Program-made: the position numbers and the translations under genes
The notes under the pieces: generated by a model
Database searches by the model: none
Seen by the model: only the letters and a program-made list of their open reading frames with translations
Told to the model about the DNA's origin: nothing
From: Lingula anatina
Taxonomy: Eukaryota; Animalia; Brachiopoda
Assembly: GCA_051362555.1 (NCBI GenBank)
Contig: CM120642.1
Location: 11,160,001-11,224,000 of the forward strand
Direction: 5' to 3'
DNA length: 64,000 bases
Part shown: in pieces, positions 63,901-64,000 of the stretch
Layout of the letters: each line of letters starts with the position of its first letter
How positions within the stretch are numbered: the first letter of the stretch is position 1

Positions 63901-64000
63901 TGAAAAGAGGGAATCATTAAAAAACGTTCAAATGTGTTAAAGCTGGTGCGTTTTCCTTTCAAGCAATTGCAACCATGTGAATTTTGACAAAGACAACATA

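Larger units (their letters stand above)
31755..64000. repeat. Macrosatellite / tandem array of a ~1,556-bp unit, ~20.7 copies, running off the window end
   Basis: A marker ORF recurs at 33156, 34711, 36268, 37825, 39384 ... 61179, 62734 (period 1555-1559). Units differ only by scattered SNPs and homopolymer lengths. Unit 1 is the most diverged. Confidence 0.98.

Noticed and set aside
31755-64000. Array as rDNA, 5S, snRNA or histone gene cluster
   Set aside because: I could not find recognisable 5S/18S/5.8S/28S, U1-U6 or histone sequence in the unit by eye. An Rfam search would be the definitive test.

Overview
Animal (invertebrate-type, intron-rich, AT-rich) genomic DNA; the taxon cannot be fixed from sequence alone. 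Left part (1-13.7 kb): two tandem copies of a secreted protein gene combining FG-GAP/VCBS-type repeats with a HExxH...EFFA zinc-metallopeptidase-like domain. One copy is complete (3 exons, ~775 aa), the other is visible only as its 3' end. The complete copy has two duplicated TATA + signal-peptide first exons. Middle part (13-31 kb): three flavin-containing monooxygenase (FMO5-like) genes with matching exon structure. FMO-A (-) and FMO-B (+) are complete and head-to-head; FMO-C (+) shows only exons 1-3. There is also a decayed FMO fragment and several non-autonomous DNA transposons (Harbinger-like, Tc1/mariner-like, Helentron-like, foldback). Right half (31.75 kb to the window end): a homogeneous tandem array of ~20.7 copies of a ~1,556-bp unit sitting where FMO-C intron 3 would be. 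Each unit carries two degenerate tRNA-like modules on the minus strand, and SNP sharing suggests an incipient 3-unit higher-order repeat. All coordinates and alignments were read by eye; no searches were run.
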